Positions 47,307 to 56,615 of a DNA stretch of 64,000 nt are shown one piece after another; the first letter of the stretch is position 1, and every line of letters starts with the position of its first letter. The stretch lies in the IMG/VR virus record IMGVR_UViG_3300045988_125802, one strand, 5' to 3'. Below the pieces are notes generated by a model that saw only the letters and a list, made by a program, of their open reading frames with translations, made no database searches and was not told where the DNA came from. The DNA comes from a virus. Made by a program: the position numbers and the translations under genes.

Positions 47307-47338
47307 ATTCAAAATTTGCTACCCTGCAAAAACTTTTG

Positions 47339-47346
47339 TATCTTTG
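47339..47346 (+). promoter_or_regulatory. Candidate promoter: -7 box TAtcTTTG with TTTG at 47315-47318
   Basis: TAnnTTTG with a -33-like TTTG 20 nt upstream. The ATG at 47364 is 18 nt downstream. Confidence 0.5.
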
Positions 47347-47363
47347 CAGAAAATTTATATGAT

Positions 47364-47888
47364 ATGGAAAATTGGAAATTAATAGATGAAAATTCTAAGT
47401 ATGAAGTGAATAATGAAGGACAAGTGAGGAATGTAAAAACAGGAAGATTACTAAAGCCATTCCTTAGTCATAATAGGTATCTAAAAGTAAGTTTAGGAGG
47501 TAAAAATAGGATGATACATAGACTTGTGGCATTAGCTTTTCTTCCTAATCCCAATAATTATCCTTTTATAAACCATAAAGATGAAGATAAGGAGAACAAT
47601 AGTGTAGAAAATTTAGAATGGTGTACCGCTAAATATAATATAAATTATGGAGATAGAACTGCAAAATTTGTAGAGACCATAAATACTAAGAGAAAAATTA
47701 GACCTTATTTATATAGACCTGTATTACAGTACTCTCTTGATGGTGAATTTATACAAGAGTTTCCATCTATAAAAGCTGCTGCACAAGCTATAAATGCTAA
47801 AAATGACTCTGGAATTGGGCTATGCTGTAGAGGGAAATATAAATATGCTATGGGATATATTTGGAGGTATAAAAATAGGGCAAGGTAA
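47364..47888 (+). CDS. HNH homing endonuclease, NUMOD4-like N-terminus (free-standing)
   Basis: MENWKLIDENSKYEVNNEGQVRN; HRLVALAF...INHKDEDKENNSVENLEW. The track begins at a TTG (47316); the ATG at 47364 is preferred. Confidence 0.8.
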   Translation: MENWKLIDENSKYEVNNEGQVRNVKTGRLLKPFLSHNRYLKVSLGGKNRMIHRLVALAFLPNPNNYPFINHKDEDKENNSVENLEWCTAKYNINYGDRTAKFVETINTKRKIRPYLYRPVLQYSLDGEFIQEFPSIKAAAQAINAKNDSGIGLCCRGKYKYAMGYIWRYKNRAR

Positions 47889-47900
47889 CAACCCTGCCCT
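47877..47900. terminator. Hairpin between convergent genes (possible bidirectional terminator)
   Basis: AGGGCAAGG (47877-47885) pairs with (A)CCCTGCCCT (47891-47900) with one mismatch. A/T-rich runs flank both sides. Confidence 0.4.
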
Positions 47901-47923
47901 AATAAAAAATTTCACCCTACTGA

Positions 47924-50900
47924 TTAAAAGGCTATACACTTAATAGCTTGGTCTCTCTCCTTTTGAGAGATTGAATCAAACTTCTCTGCTGTCCAACCTT
48001 TCTTCAATAAATTCTCTTGCATAGAATCACTTAAAGTATTAAATGATGTAGTAGTTGAAGTAGTACCTCTCAATTCACTGATGGTAGGAACTTTGAATGT
48101 ACTATCTGCATACTTACCCTCATTAATTCTTCTATAGTAGTCTATCAAGGAAGGTCTAAAGTTATTCCAGTTAGTAACCTTAGCAAAGAGTTCCTTGAAG
48201 AAATCAAGTATTCTCTTACCTAAGCCCCTATTCTGTCTTGTCATTACATACTCTCTGAATCCTTCTGCCATATCTTCCTCAAGAGAGAGATTATCTTTCT
48301 CACCATATAACTTTCTTGCTTCATCATATAATGCCTGTCTCTCATTATTGTCAAGAAGGAGATTAAATACAGCATGAAATGCTTCATGGTATGCAGTACC
48401 TTCAGCAGCTATGTCAGACAATGTGATTACACCTTTATCAAATTGACCCCAAGCTAAGGCACCTTGTCTGCCTACTTTAATAAGACCTTTTACTACTTGT
48501 ACTTTATCATTCTCACTTAATTGAGGTAGCACTCTACTAATCCAATTAAGCTCCTTTTCCTGATTCCATACTGGAGCCTCTGTGTCATCTACTCTTCTTA
48601 GGGTAAATTCATCCTCAAACTCTTCATCATGGTCATTAATTGCCTGTTCCTTTTGGGCAGTATAGGCAGCACCTGTCTGGGTATTACCTTGATTAATAGT
48701 TGCAGGAGTTTCCACAGTAGTAATAGGAGTAGCACTTACAGTAGGTACTGCATCAGGGTCAAACAATATAGTCTTTTCTGATGCTAATTCCTTAACTTTC
48801 TGTGGCTTAGCCTCAAGTCCCTTTCTAATTGCATCCTCAACTTGTGATTGGGTCATACCCCCCTGCACAGGATTATTCTTCAAGAATAGGAATGTCTTAC
48901 CATTAGGGAATACTGCATAGAAGCTATTTGAAGCTACATGAGCAGCTTCCTTACCAAATCCCTTTGTAATATTAGGAACCTTAGTTACATGAACTTCAAC
49001 CCCATCAATTACAGTCAGTGGTGTAACATATCCCTTGTGTAATTTGCCATCCAACTCAAAGTAACCTACTCCCTCATCAGCATTATTCATACTGTGTTCA
49101 GGTGTTAAATCCTCAATAGGATTTTGTGTCTCTAATGAGGTTTCAAAAATAGGCAATACTGTCTGAGCCTGTGCTGGAGTGGCAGGAGTTTCTGTAGATT
49201 TATCTACCTTAACTGCACTTGCTAAAGGTACATTAACAGCAGGATTGTATGCAATAGGAATACCTTTTTCACTCTGTACTGCTGATACATTCTCCTTATC
49301 ATAACTCAGTACAAATGGCATTACAGCTAACTTAGTAACTGGTACACCATACTGAGATTCAAAGAGGTTCTTGTATGCAGAAAGTTGTAAAGTATAATAA
49401 TCCTTTGCACTCATCCTTTGAGTAGCAGATGGAGTAGTAAAGTCATAGAAGCTGTATCTACTTGTCTTTACATCATAAATCCTAAAGTTACCATCCTTAT
49501 CAACAGAAAGAATATCAACCTCACCTGCAACTCTTGTGCCATCAGGATACTTTTGGAACAATACAATATTGTCAGCAAGGAACCTTTCCCCCATTTGCTC
49601 CATATTTGATTTAACCCTATTGAGAGTAGTAATCAAATCTATAAAAGCATTCTCTGACATATTGGATGGCTTTACTATCTTAGATACATCTCTTATAGTA
49701 AAGTACTGTCTGATGATACTATCTACTGCTGAACCAGCATCAAGTGCCCTTTGTGAATTAGTACCAGACATCTTGTCTCTTACTATATTCACAATAGTAT
49801 CTCTACTCTTGGCATCAGTCTTTCCTCTATAAGCAGTCAAGTCTACCTTAAACTTGTTCTCCAAGTATTTCAGATAATTCTCATACTGAGTAGGATTATC
49901 TACAAACTTGCTAAGATTAAGTCTTGCTAATTCAAGAGCCTTTGTCTGCTTGTCAGATTCTACCCAATTAGAACCTAATCTACTATGCACTCTACTATAT
50001 TGGTGATATTCACCATCATCTTCAAGTACATAATAAAACTCTCCATCAGTTCTTGTCTTGTCTATTCTCTTTTGGTTCTCATATATTTCGCTGATAACCT
50101 CCTTAGACTTGGCAACTCTATCTTCTCTTTCTTTCTTCCTACCTGCAATAGTATCCTTAACATCTTGTGCCTCTTGACCACTGAGATATGTCTGCTTGCT
50201 TCTATCAAGTACCTTACCATCAGGGGTAAGAACTTTGTTATCTACCATCATTGATGAGTTAGTGGAATCCCCAAAGTTATCTTGTGCCCAAGCCAAGTCA
50301 AATAATATTCTATTACTGTCAGTAACTTCTACAGTCCTGCCTTGGTCATCTCTGATAGTGTTTGTCTTTAAGTCTACATAGTATGGCTTATTTGAGAATA
50401 CAGATACTATTCTTGTACCTGCAATAGCACCCTCAGTACCTCCTACAGGAGTTTCTACTTTCCTCTTAGGTTGAGGAGCTACAGAAGCTGGACTTATAGC
50501 CTGATGTAAGTTACCTTCATTATCAAAGTAATCAGTTGTAAACCAATTACTTCTTACTGAAGCCTCAGTAATATTTGAAGTAAGGATATTAGAGTTTATC
50601 AATCTATTGTTGTATGCACCTTCATTTATTCTCCTTGTGCTGACCTGTAAAGGAAGATTGAACTTGATAAGGTGTCCAAGTATCTCATTGTATATATCCT
50701 CAGGATTCTTAGGAGTACCTAATGCACTTGTATCTCCCAAGTCTTCAAGAGCAGTTACATCAAAGTTTATACCATTGATTTCTGCACTCTTACTACTTGT
50801 AGAGAAATATACATCATATTTATCCTCCTTGATTTGCTCCTTTCCATTAATGATTACCTTCTCATAAGTACCATCTGGTTTTCTTACCTTCTTACTGATA

Positions 50901-53900
50901 ACAATACCATCACCTGCCCTACTACTAAACCAAGTAACCATAATATCCTGCATATACAAGTCTTGTGCTAAATCTTGCATAGCAGCAGATACATCATCTT
51001 GTGATGTAGCAGTTGATAACTTAGTAATGGCATTCTTTATATCCTCTCCAACAGGAGTAGAACTTACATTGCTATCATTCAGATTGAACTCTTCATTATT
51101 AAAATGCTTAACCCTCACAGCAGCAGGAGAATACTTACCAGCTCCATTAGGTATAAGCAGATATAATCTACCTTCCTTTTGGCTCATATCCACTGGCTTG
51201 ATAATAAGACTATCATCAACCTTACCATTAGTGGTAAGAACACCATTCTTTATAATACCAAAGACAGGTTTTCTATCAGTTGAAGATACATTAGGTATTT
51301 CAGACAAACTCCTTTCAGTATTACCATAAGGAACTCTACCTACCATTACCTTAGATACCTTTGTAACAGGTGTGGCAATGAACTTGCCAGTCTTATTCTG
51401 CCTATTAGCATACTCACCTCTTATCTTCTCTTCAAGACCCTTCAAACCCTCATACCTTGAAACACTATAATCAGACTCATCCAAACTACCTACTACTTGG
51501 TTGTTTCTTTTGTCTACAATGAAGATTGTACTCTCATTATAGTCTGGGTCAATCATAAAGCCAAGTTCATCACCTGCCTTTAAGTTACCCTCATTTACAT
51601 ATCTGAATGCTCCTTGGTCTCTTAGATAACCATAAATGCCAGAGAAGTCTACATTCTTTTCTCTCTCACTTACTACAATATCAAATGGTCTAAAATCTCC
51701 TTCTTTACTTGCTTCTATATGTAATTCAGGTATAGCAGGCCTATAGAATTGATTGGAGGTATCTCTATTTGGTCTCTGTGGAGTTTCTACCCTCTCATTG
51801 GCTTTCTTATTCTCCTCATTAACCATCTCAGCGGTTATATTACCTACAGGTAATTCTGTTGCAGGAAAGTTCCTACTACTTGTTACAGTAGGAATTGTAG
51901 ATGTGCCACTATCTCCTGTAGTGGTTCTATCATCACCTCTTACAGTTCCCTCTCTTTTTTCTGCAGGCTTCTTATATTCAGGTGAGAATCTATCCTTGAA
52001 TCTATTGTCATTGTTTACTTGAAACATTGCATTCTGCAAAGCATATTGAGCTTCTTGGAATCTTGTTGCAGATAACTCAACATCACCCTCAGAATCCTCA
52101 TCAAAGGCATTCTCATTATTGATATAGACTGAGTTAGGGTTAGCCAACTGTTCAAGATCTTTGGAGTTATTGAACTGGTCTTGAAGAAGCTTTATTGCAT
52201 CCTGTTTAGTTTGTACATCTGCATCTGAAGAATTGATAGCTAGCCTTACTTCATTATTATATTGTGAAGTTTCTCTATAGTTCTTAGCCATTTCATTTCC
52301 TTCATTCTCTAAAGATTCCAAAATACCATTTACATTTCCTGTATCATCTTGAGAATCTATAATGCCTCTAAACTCTTGTAGATTTGTGGCAGAGTTCAAT
52401 AAATTCTTTAAATCTTTAGATTTCTTCTCTACTTCTTGTTGTATAGATTGCTTATCTGCCTCTATATGATTCTCTATCTGCTTTTTAGGATTTCCAAGGT
52501 ATTCTTTTAATTTTGCGTTATATACTTTTGAAGCATTCCCTAACCTAACAATATCATTAAATTTGGTTATAATATTTTGTTTTTCATCCGCATTAAGTGT
52601 AATGTCATCAACTTCATTAATCTCTTTAATAAGCCCATCTACAAGCTTAGGTCTATTAGCTAATATATATGCAAGTGATTTATCATCTTGATTCATAACT
52701 ATATTAAGGGCACTAATAGTTTCTTCAATAGCTCTTATATTCTTATCTGATTGTAAATATTCCTTAGATAAATTAGCATGTGCTTGGCCCTCATAGCTTC
52801 TTATTGCTTGATTAAATCTAAGTATTGCAGATAAATTTCCTATAACATTATCAATAGAAGATCTAATATCTTTTGACATCTCAACTGCTCTGTCAGACCA
52901 ATTATCTATTTGGGATTTCATCCATGTAAGCTCCTCAAGTTGGTCATCAGATAATTGCTGTCCAGTTATAATATCAAGCTCATCTCTTATAGTTTGGTAT
53001 TGCTTAATTGTATTAAGCATATCATCCTTATTCTGAGTGAGTTTTTCAATCATCTCCTGCTTACTCTCTTCATTCCCAAAATTGACTGATATAGTGCCAT
53101 CGGCATTTTTTATGGCATATTGAGCAAATGGTCCCACTAAATCTCCTTTATCTGTTATAGCAGTTGTATTCTCCACTATAGCAATTAAGTTCTCATCTGA
53201 AATGTCATAAGCAGAAGAGATTAATGTCTTAAGGTCTTCTGTCCTACCTGCATTATCAAACATTGCAATATCAGAGACTAACTGGGCATGTTCTGCATTT
53301 TTAAAGTCAAATTCATCACCTTGCTCAGCAGCCTGGTTCATATCATTTTGATACTTATTATGTCTAATAAGGCCTTGATAATAATTTCTAAATTCAGGAG
53401 AATTTACTCTATTATTTATGTAATCAGCAATATTTCGTTCCCTTGCTATTTTCTCTCTATATTCTCTCCATTTATTTATGGAACCCCCTTCAATAGTAAT
53501 AGGAGACTGTAATGAGCCAGACTCATTCTTGATTCCTCTAAATCTTGGCATACCTAATGCACCTGTCAAAGAACCAATAAAGAACTCTTCCCATGCTGAC
53601 CCATCATTTACTGTCTCATTGATTCCTTTAGCAAAGGACTTAACCCATGATAATGTTTCTTGTGCGGCTTCTGGGTTAACCTTTGCTTTGTAGAAATTAT
53701 TTACGTCAGTAGAGTAGAAATCACCTGATATTCTACTTGCAGCACTTTGTAAGATCTCTTCACTACCTTCAGACAGTGCACCTCCTGTAATAGCTACAGC
53801 AGTACCTAACTTTGTAGTCCCTGCTGTATATTTCCCAGACTTTTCTACTATATTAGTTGCTTTCCTTGCTGTCTTGAAGCCATTGGCATATAATTTATCA

Positions 53901-54913
53901 AACTGTATAATATTTGACGCAGTAAGGATAGGTAGGTTCATGAGCATATCTGCATTACCCATTTTTATCCTATCCTCATTTATTTTACTCAGTACCTCAT
54001 TATATGTATTAAGCTGTCCTAGAGTTAAATTAGAAGTATTATTATCTATTACACCAAACTGATCATCTAGCTTAGCTTTATGTAGGTCGAACCAATCTGT
54101 AGAGTTATTCAGAGCTTCAATCCTTCCTTCATTAACTGCTGATATAGTGGCACCTACAGCAGAAGTAGCAATAGATGGGAATTGTGAGGCATCTTTTACT
54201 ATCCTCATGGTTTTAGCTAAATTAGAGGCCTTTTGAGTTAATTTAGGGGCTGCCCTTAATGCTCCTTTAATTCCAGCAGAGGCGACACCTCCACTATAGA
54301 AAGCACCAACTGTAAAGCCAAGATTTTTAATAAATTTATCACCCAGAAAATTTGAGGTAAGAATATTTTTAGTCCAAGGTTGTTCTCGCTCAGCATCTGT
54401 ATAATAATTAGGCAATGCTTCCTCTGACCATTTGTTAACAGATTGCATAGCTCTGGAGAAATCATTATCCCAAAGACCAGATCTAAATCCAGTGTTAGGA
54501 TCTCCATCTACCAAATTATATACTCCTTGCCCAGCACCAAGTACTAAACCTATGGTACCATCAAGAAAAGTTGTACCTGCAAGAATAGCACCCTTAGCCA
54601 ACCCTGCTCCTATTTGTGCATACCATGGTTGTAGCTCTCCCCTTGTATTAGCTAAATTATCAAGCTGTGATGCAGATGTGATATATTTATCATACCTACT
54701 ATCATTAATCCCGACAAAACCTATATCCTGTTTTGGTGTAGTAGCTTGATTGATTGCCTCCATTGTGCCTCTATAGTCATCAGGAAGAGTAAGGATAGAG
54801 GTATTAATGTTAATGCCCTTCTCTTTCAATCTATTAATACCTTCCAAACCCTTTAAGCCCGTAACTCCATTTACAGAAGGGTCTTGTATTTGTTGATCAT
54901 CTAATACTGCCAT
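47924..54913 (-). CDS. Giant (2329 aa) multidomain virion-type protein with an internal PD-(D/E)XK nuclease-like motif and a C-terminal HExxH zincin-like motif
   Basis: Uninterrupted 7-kb ORF. GEVDILSVDKDGNFRIYDVKTSRYSF (plus-strand about 49436-49529) fits a RecB-type D...D-x-K core. YHEAFHAVF (HEAFH at plus-strand 48374-48388) fits a zinc metalloprotease HExxH. Confidence 0.6.
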   Translation of the reverse strand: MAVLDDQQIQDPSVNGVTGLKGLEGINRLKEKGININTSILTLPDDYRGTMEAINQATTPKQDIGFVGINDSRYDKYITSASQLDNLANTRGELQPWYAQIGAGLAKGAILAGTTFLDGTIGLVLGAGQGVYNLVDGDPNTGFRSGLWDNDFSRAMQSVNKWSEEALPNYYTDAEREQPWTKNILTSNFLGDKFIKNLGFTVGAFYSGGVASAGIKGALRAAPKLTQKASNLAKTMRIVKDASQFPSIATSAVGATISAVNEGRIEALNNSTDWFDLHKAKLDDQFGVIDNNTSNLTLGQLNTYNEVLSKINEDRIKMGNADMLMNLPILTASNIIQFDKLYANGFKTARKATNIVEKSGKYTAGTTKLGTAVAITGGALSEGSEEILQSAASRISGDFYSTDVNNFYKAKVNPEAAQETLSWVKSFAKGINETVNDGSAWEEFFIGSLTGALGMPRFRGIKNESGSLQSPITIEGGSINKWREYREKIARERNIADYINNRVNSPEFRNYYQGLIRHNKYQNDMNQAAEQGDEFDFKNAEHAQLVSDIAMFDNAGRTEDLKTLISSAYDISDENLIAIVENTTAITDKGDLVGPFAQYAIKNADGTISVNFGNEESKQEMIEKLTQNKDDMLNTIKQYQTIRDELDIITGQQLSDDQLEELTWMKSQIDNWSDRAVEMSKDIRSSIDNVIGNLSAILRFNQAIRSYEGQAHANLSKEYLQSDKNIRAIEETISALNIVMNQDDKSLAYILANRPKLVDGLIKEINEVDDITLNADEKQNIITKFNDIVRLGNASKVYNAKLKEYLGNPKKQIENHIEADKQSIQQEVEKKSKDLKNLLNSATNLQEFRGIIDSQDDTGNVNGILESLENEGNEMAKNYRETSQYNNEVRLAINSSDADVQTKQDAIKLLQDQFNNSKDLEQLANPNSVYINNENAFDEDSEGDVELSATRFQEAQYALQNAMFQVNNDNRFKDRFSPEYKKPAEKREGTVRGDDRTTTGDSGTSTIPTVTSSRNFPATELPVGNITAEMVNEENKKANERVETPQRPNRDTSNQFYRPAIPELHIEASKEGDFRPFDIVVSEREKNVDFSGIYGYLRDQGAFRYVNEGNLKAGDELGFMIDPDYNESTIFIVDKRNNQVVGSLDESDYSVSRYEGLKGLEEKIRGEYANRQNKTGKFIATPVTKVSKVMVGRVPYGNTERSLSEIPNVSSTDRKPVFGIIKNGVLTTNGKVDDSLIIKPVDMSQKEGRLYLLIPNGAGKYSPAAVRVKHFNNEEFNLNDSNVSSTPVGEDIKNAITKLSTATSQDDVSAAMQDLAQDLYMQDIMVTWFSSRAGDGIVISKKVRKPDGTYEKVIINGKEQIKEDKYDVYFSTSSKSAEINGINFDVTALEDLGDTSALGTPKNPEDIYNEILGHLIKFNLPLQVSTRRINEGAYNNRLINSNILTSNITEASVRSNWFTTDYFDNEGNLHQAISPASVAPQPKRKVETPVGGTEGAIAGTRIVSVFSNKPYYVDLKTNTIRDDQGRTVEVTDSNRILFDLAWAQDNFGDSTNSSMMVDNKVLTPDGKVLDRSKQTYLSGQEAQDVKDTIAGRKKEREDRVAKSKEVISEIYENQKRIDKTRTDGEFYYVLEDDGEYHQYSRVHSRLGSNWVESDKQTKALELARLNLSKFVDNPTQYENYLKYLENKFKVDLTAYRGKTDAKSRDTIVNIVRDKMSGTNSQRALDAGSAVDSIIRQYFTIRDVSKIVKPSNMSENAFIDLITTLNRVKSNMEQMGERFLADNIVLFQKYPDGTRVAGEVDILSVDKDGNFRIYDVKTSRYSFYDFTTPSATQRMSAKDYYTLQLSAYKNLFESQYGVPVTKLAVMPFVLSYDKENVSAVQSEKGIPIAYNPAVNVPLASAVKVDKSTETPATPAQAQTVLPIFETSLETQNPIEDLTPEHSMNNADEGVGYFELDGKLHKGYVTPLTVIDGVEVHVTKVPNITKGFGKEAAHVASNSFYAVFPNGKTFLFLKNNPVQGGMTQSQVEDAIRKGLEAKPQKVKELASEKTILFDPDAVPTVSATPITTVETPATINQGNTQTGAAYTAQKEQAINDHDEEFEDEFTLRRVDDTEAPVWNQEKELNWISRVLPQLSENDKVQVVKGLIKVGRQGALAWGQFDKGVITLSDIAAEGTAYHEAFHAVFNLLLDNNERQALYDEARKLYGEKDNLSLEEDMAEGFREYVMTRQNRGLGKRILDFFKELFAKVTNWNNFRPSLIDYYRRINEGKYADSTFKVPTISELRGTTSTTTSFNTLSDSMQENLLKKGWTAEKFDSISQKERDQAIKCIAF

Positions 54914-54921
54914 AATTATCT

Positions 54922-56592
54922 TTATTTACTAGATGTATTGCTTTGTCTCTTTTCAAGAGTGTTAAATCTATTATATATGAACTCCATTAGACCAGGATGG
55001 TGAATTCCATTTTCATCATCATATCCATTTATGAATAAAGTAGCTACTTCAGGCTCTCCGTTATCTAATGCTATTCTGATGTTTTCTTGGAATTTCTTAA
55101 CAGTTCTATTAGAATCGTCTAATAATTCAGTATCAATAACTGCTGATCTTACCTTACCCTTATTATCAAGGGAAGTAATAATAAATCCCAAATCAGGATC
55201 AAATTCTATATTAGCATCTGGTGTGAAATACTTATCTAAATCTTCAGTATCTATCTCATTCCCTATTACCCCATCCTCAAGCTCTGATAAGCCAGAATTA
55301 TTAGATCTTCTATAGCGTGATAATGAATTTTTTCTCAGAACATCAACAATCAAATCATTCTGTGTAATATTGGGGATATAAGTAAATTCCCTTACTGCAC
55401 TACTTTTAATATCATTTTCAATCTGCTGTGCAATGTCTTTAAGATTACCACTTAGTTTACCATCTGTAATAGTATAATTTATATCTCCATATTTTTTTGC
55501 CATCTCTTCTAGTTTATCCACATAAGGATAATATGTTTCCTGCCTTGTAGGTCCTAATCCTGCATTAATCCAATAATTAGTCATTGGGTCAGGATTTATC
55601 ATACTGGGATCTATCACCTCTCTTGTATCTTTTTGTTCAAGTAGACTTGGGTTAGCTATTATCTCCTTTAAAATTTGCAAATCTGCATTCATTTGGGAAG
55701 TTTTCTTAGTTTCATCTACAGAAGATACAGCAGATGTCCTATAATAAAGTCTTTTATCATCCTTATTATTCTTCCTATTTTCAGGAGATATATAACCTCT
55801 ATTAGGTTGTATCTGATATTGAGTATCCCCAACTGCATTCCATAATCCCTGTCTTGCGTACTTATAAGCTCTTTCAAGGAGATCCTTATCTCCCCAGCCT
55901 GCAATATTTGTACTCTTTATCGCGTCTTCCACTATATTCTCTAGTATAGGAGAAGCATTTGGATCATTTTGTAATACTTGAATAATCTCTTCAGGACTAT
56001 AGCCTCTTTGCATGATGGTTTCATAATATTGATTTCCAAGAATATCTCTCCACCTCCTTGGGTTTTCTCTCATCTCCTTAGCTAAATTTTTAGCAGCAGA
56101 CCCTACTTGATTCATAAGGTTAGCCCCCGAATATGATTGGTAAGTTAATTGAGGATTCTTAATTAAATCACCGAGTCTTAGTGCAGAAGCATCCTTATCA
56201 AACATCAAAGTGTTATCCTGCGATAGTCTCTTTCTCTGTTCATCAACAAGCTCTTGTCTCCTTTTATAAGCTTGCTCTATAGGAATAATATCACTTGAAT
56301 ATCTCTGTCTTAATTTTAGCATATTTTGTCTACTCAAAGGATTTAATCCTTCTTTAGATAACAACTCCGCCTGATTTTCTACATCGTTAATGTATTCTTT
56401 GTAAGTCTTATAAACATCATAATCAGTTTGTTCATTAAGCATCCCTTCCAACATATTAGCTCCAGTAGCTAACTCAGAGTATTTATTCTCAAGCTCTTGG
56501 TGAGCCTGATTAGCTAATTGAACAGGCTGAATCAATTCTGCATAGGAGAAAGGATTAAATTTGCTATTTGTTACTATGTAATTAACTGCCAT
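54922..56592 (-). CDS. Hypothetical virion-module protein (556 aa)
   Basis: Long ORF tightly packed between giant genes. No motif recognised. Confidence 0.55.
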   Translation of the reverse strand: MAVNYIVTNSKFNPFSYAELIQPVQLANQAHQELENKYSELATGANMLEGMLNEQTDYDVYKTYKEYINDVENQAELLSKEGLNPLSRQNMLKLRQRYSSDIIPIEQAYKRRQELVDEQRKRLSQDNTLMFDKDASALRLGDLIKNPQLTYQSYSGANLMNQVGSAAKNLAKEMRENPRRWRDILGNQYYETIMQRGYSPEEIIQVLQNDPNASPILENIVEDAIKSTNIAGWGDKDLLERAYKYARQGLWNAVGDTQYQIQPNRGYISPENRKNNKDDKRLYYRTSAVSSVDETKKTSQMNADLQILKEIIANPSLLEQKDTREVIDPSMINPDPMTNYWINAGLGPTRQETYYPYVDKLEEMAKKYGDINYTITDGKLSGNLKDIAQQIENDIKSSAVREFTYIPNITQNDLIVDVLRKNSLSRYRRSNNSGLSELEDGVIGNEIDTEDLDKYFTPDANIEFDPDLGFIITSLDNKGKVRSAVIDTELLDDSNRTVKKFQENIRIALDNGEPEVATLFINGYDDENGIHHPGLMEFIYNRFNTLEKRQSNTSSK

Positions 56593-56615
56593 ATTGCTCC
56601 TCGTATTTGTATTAA

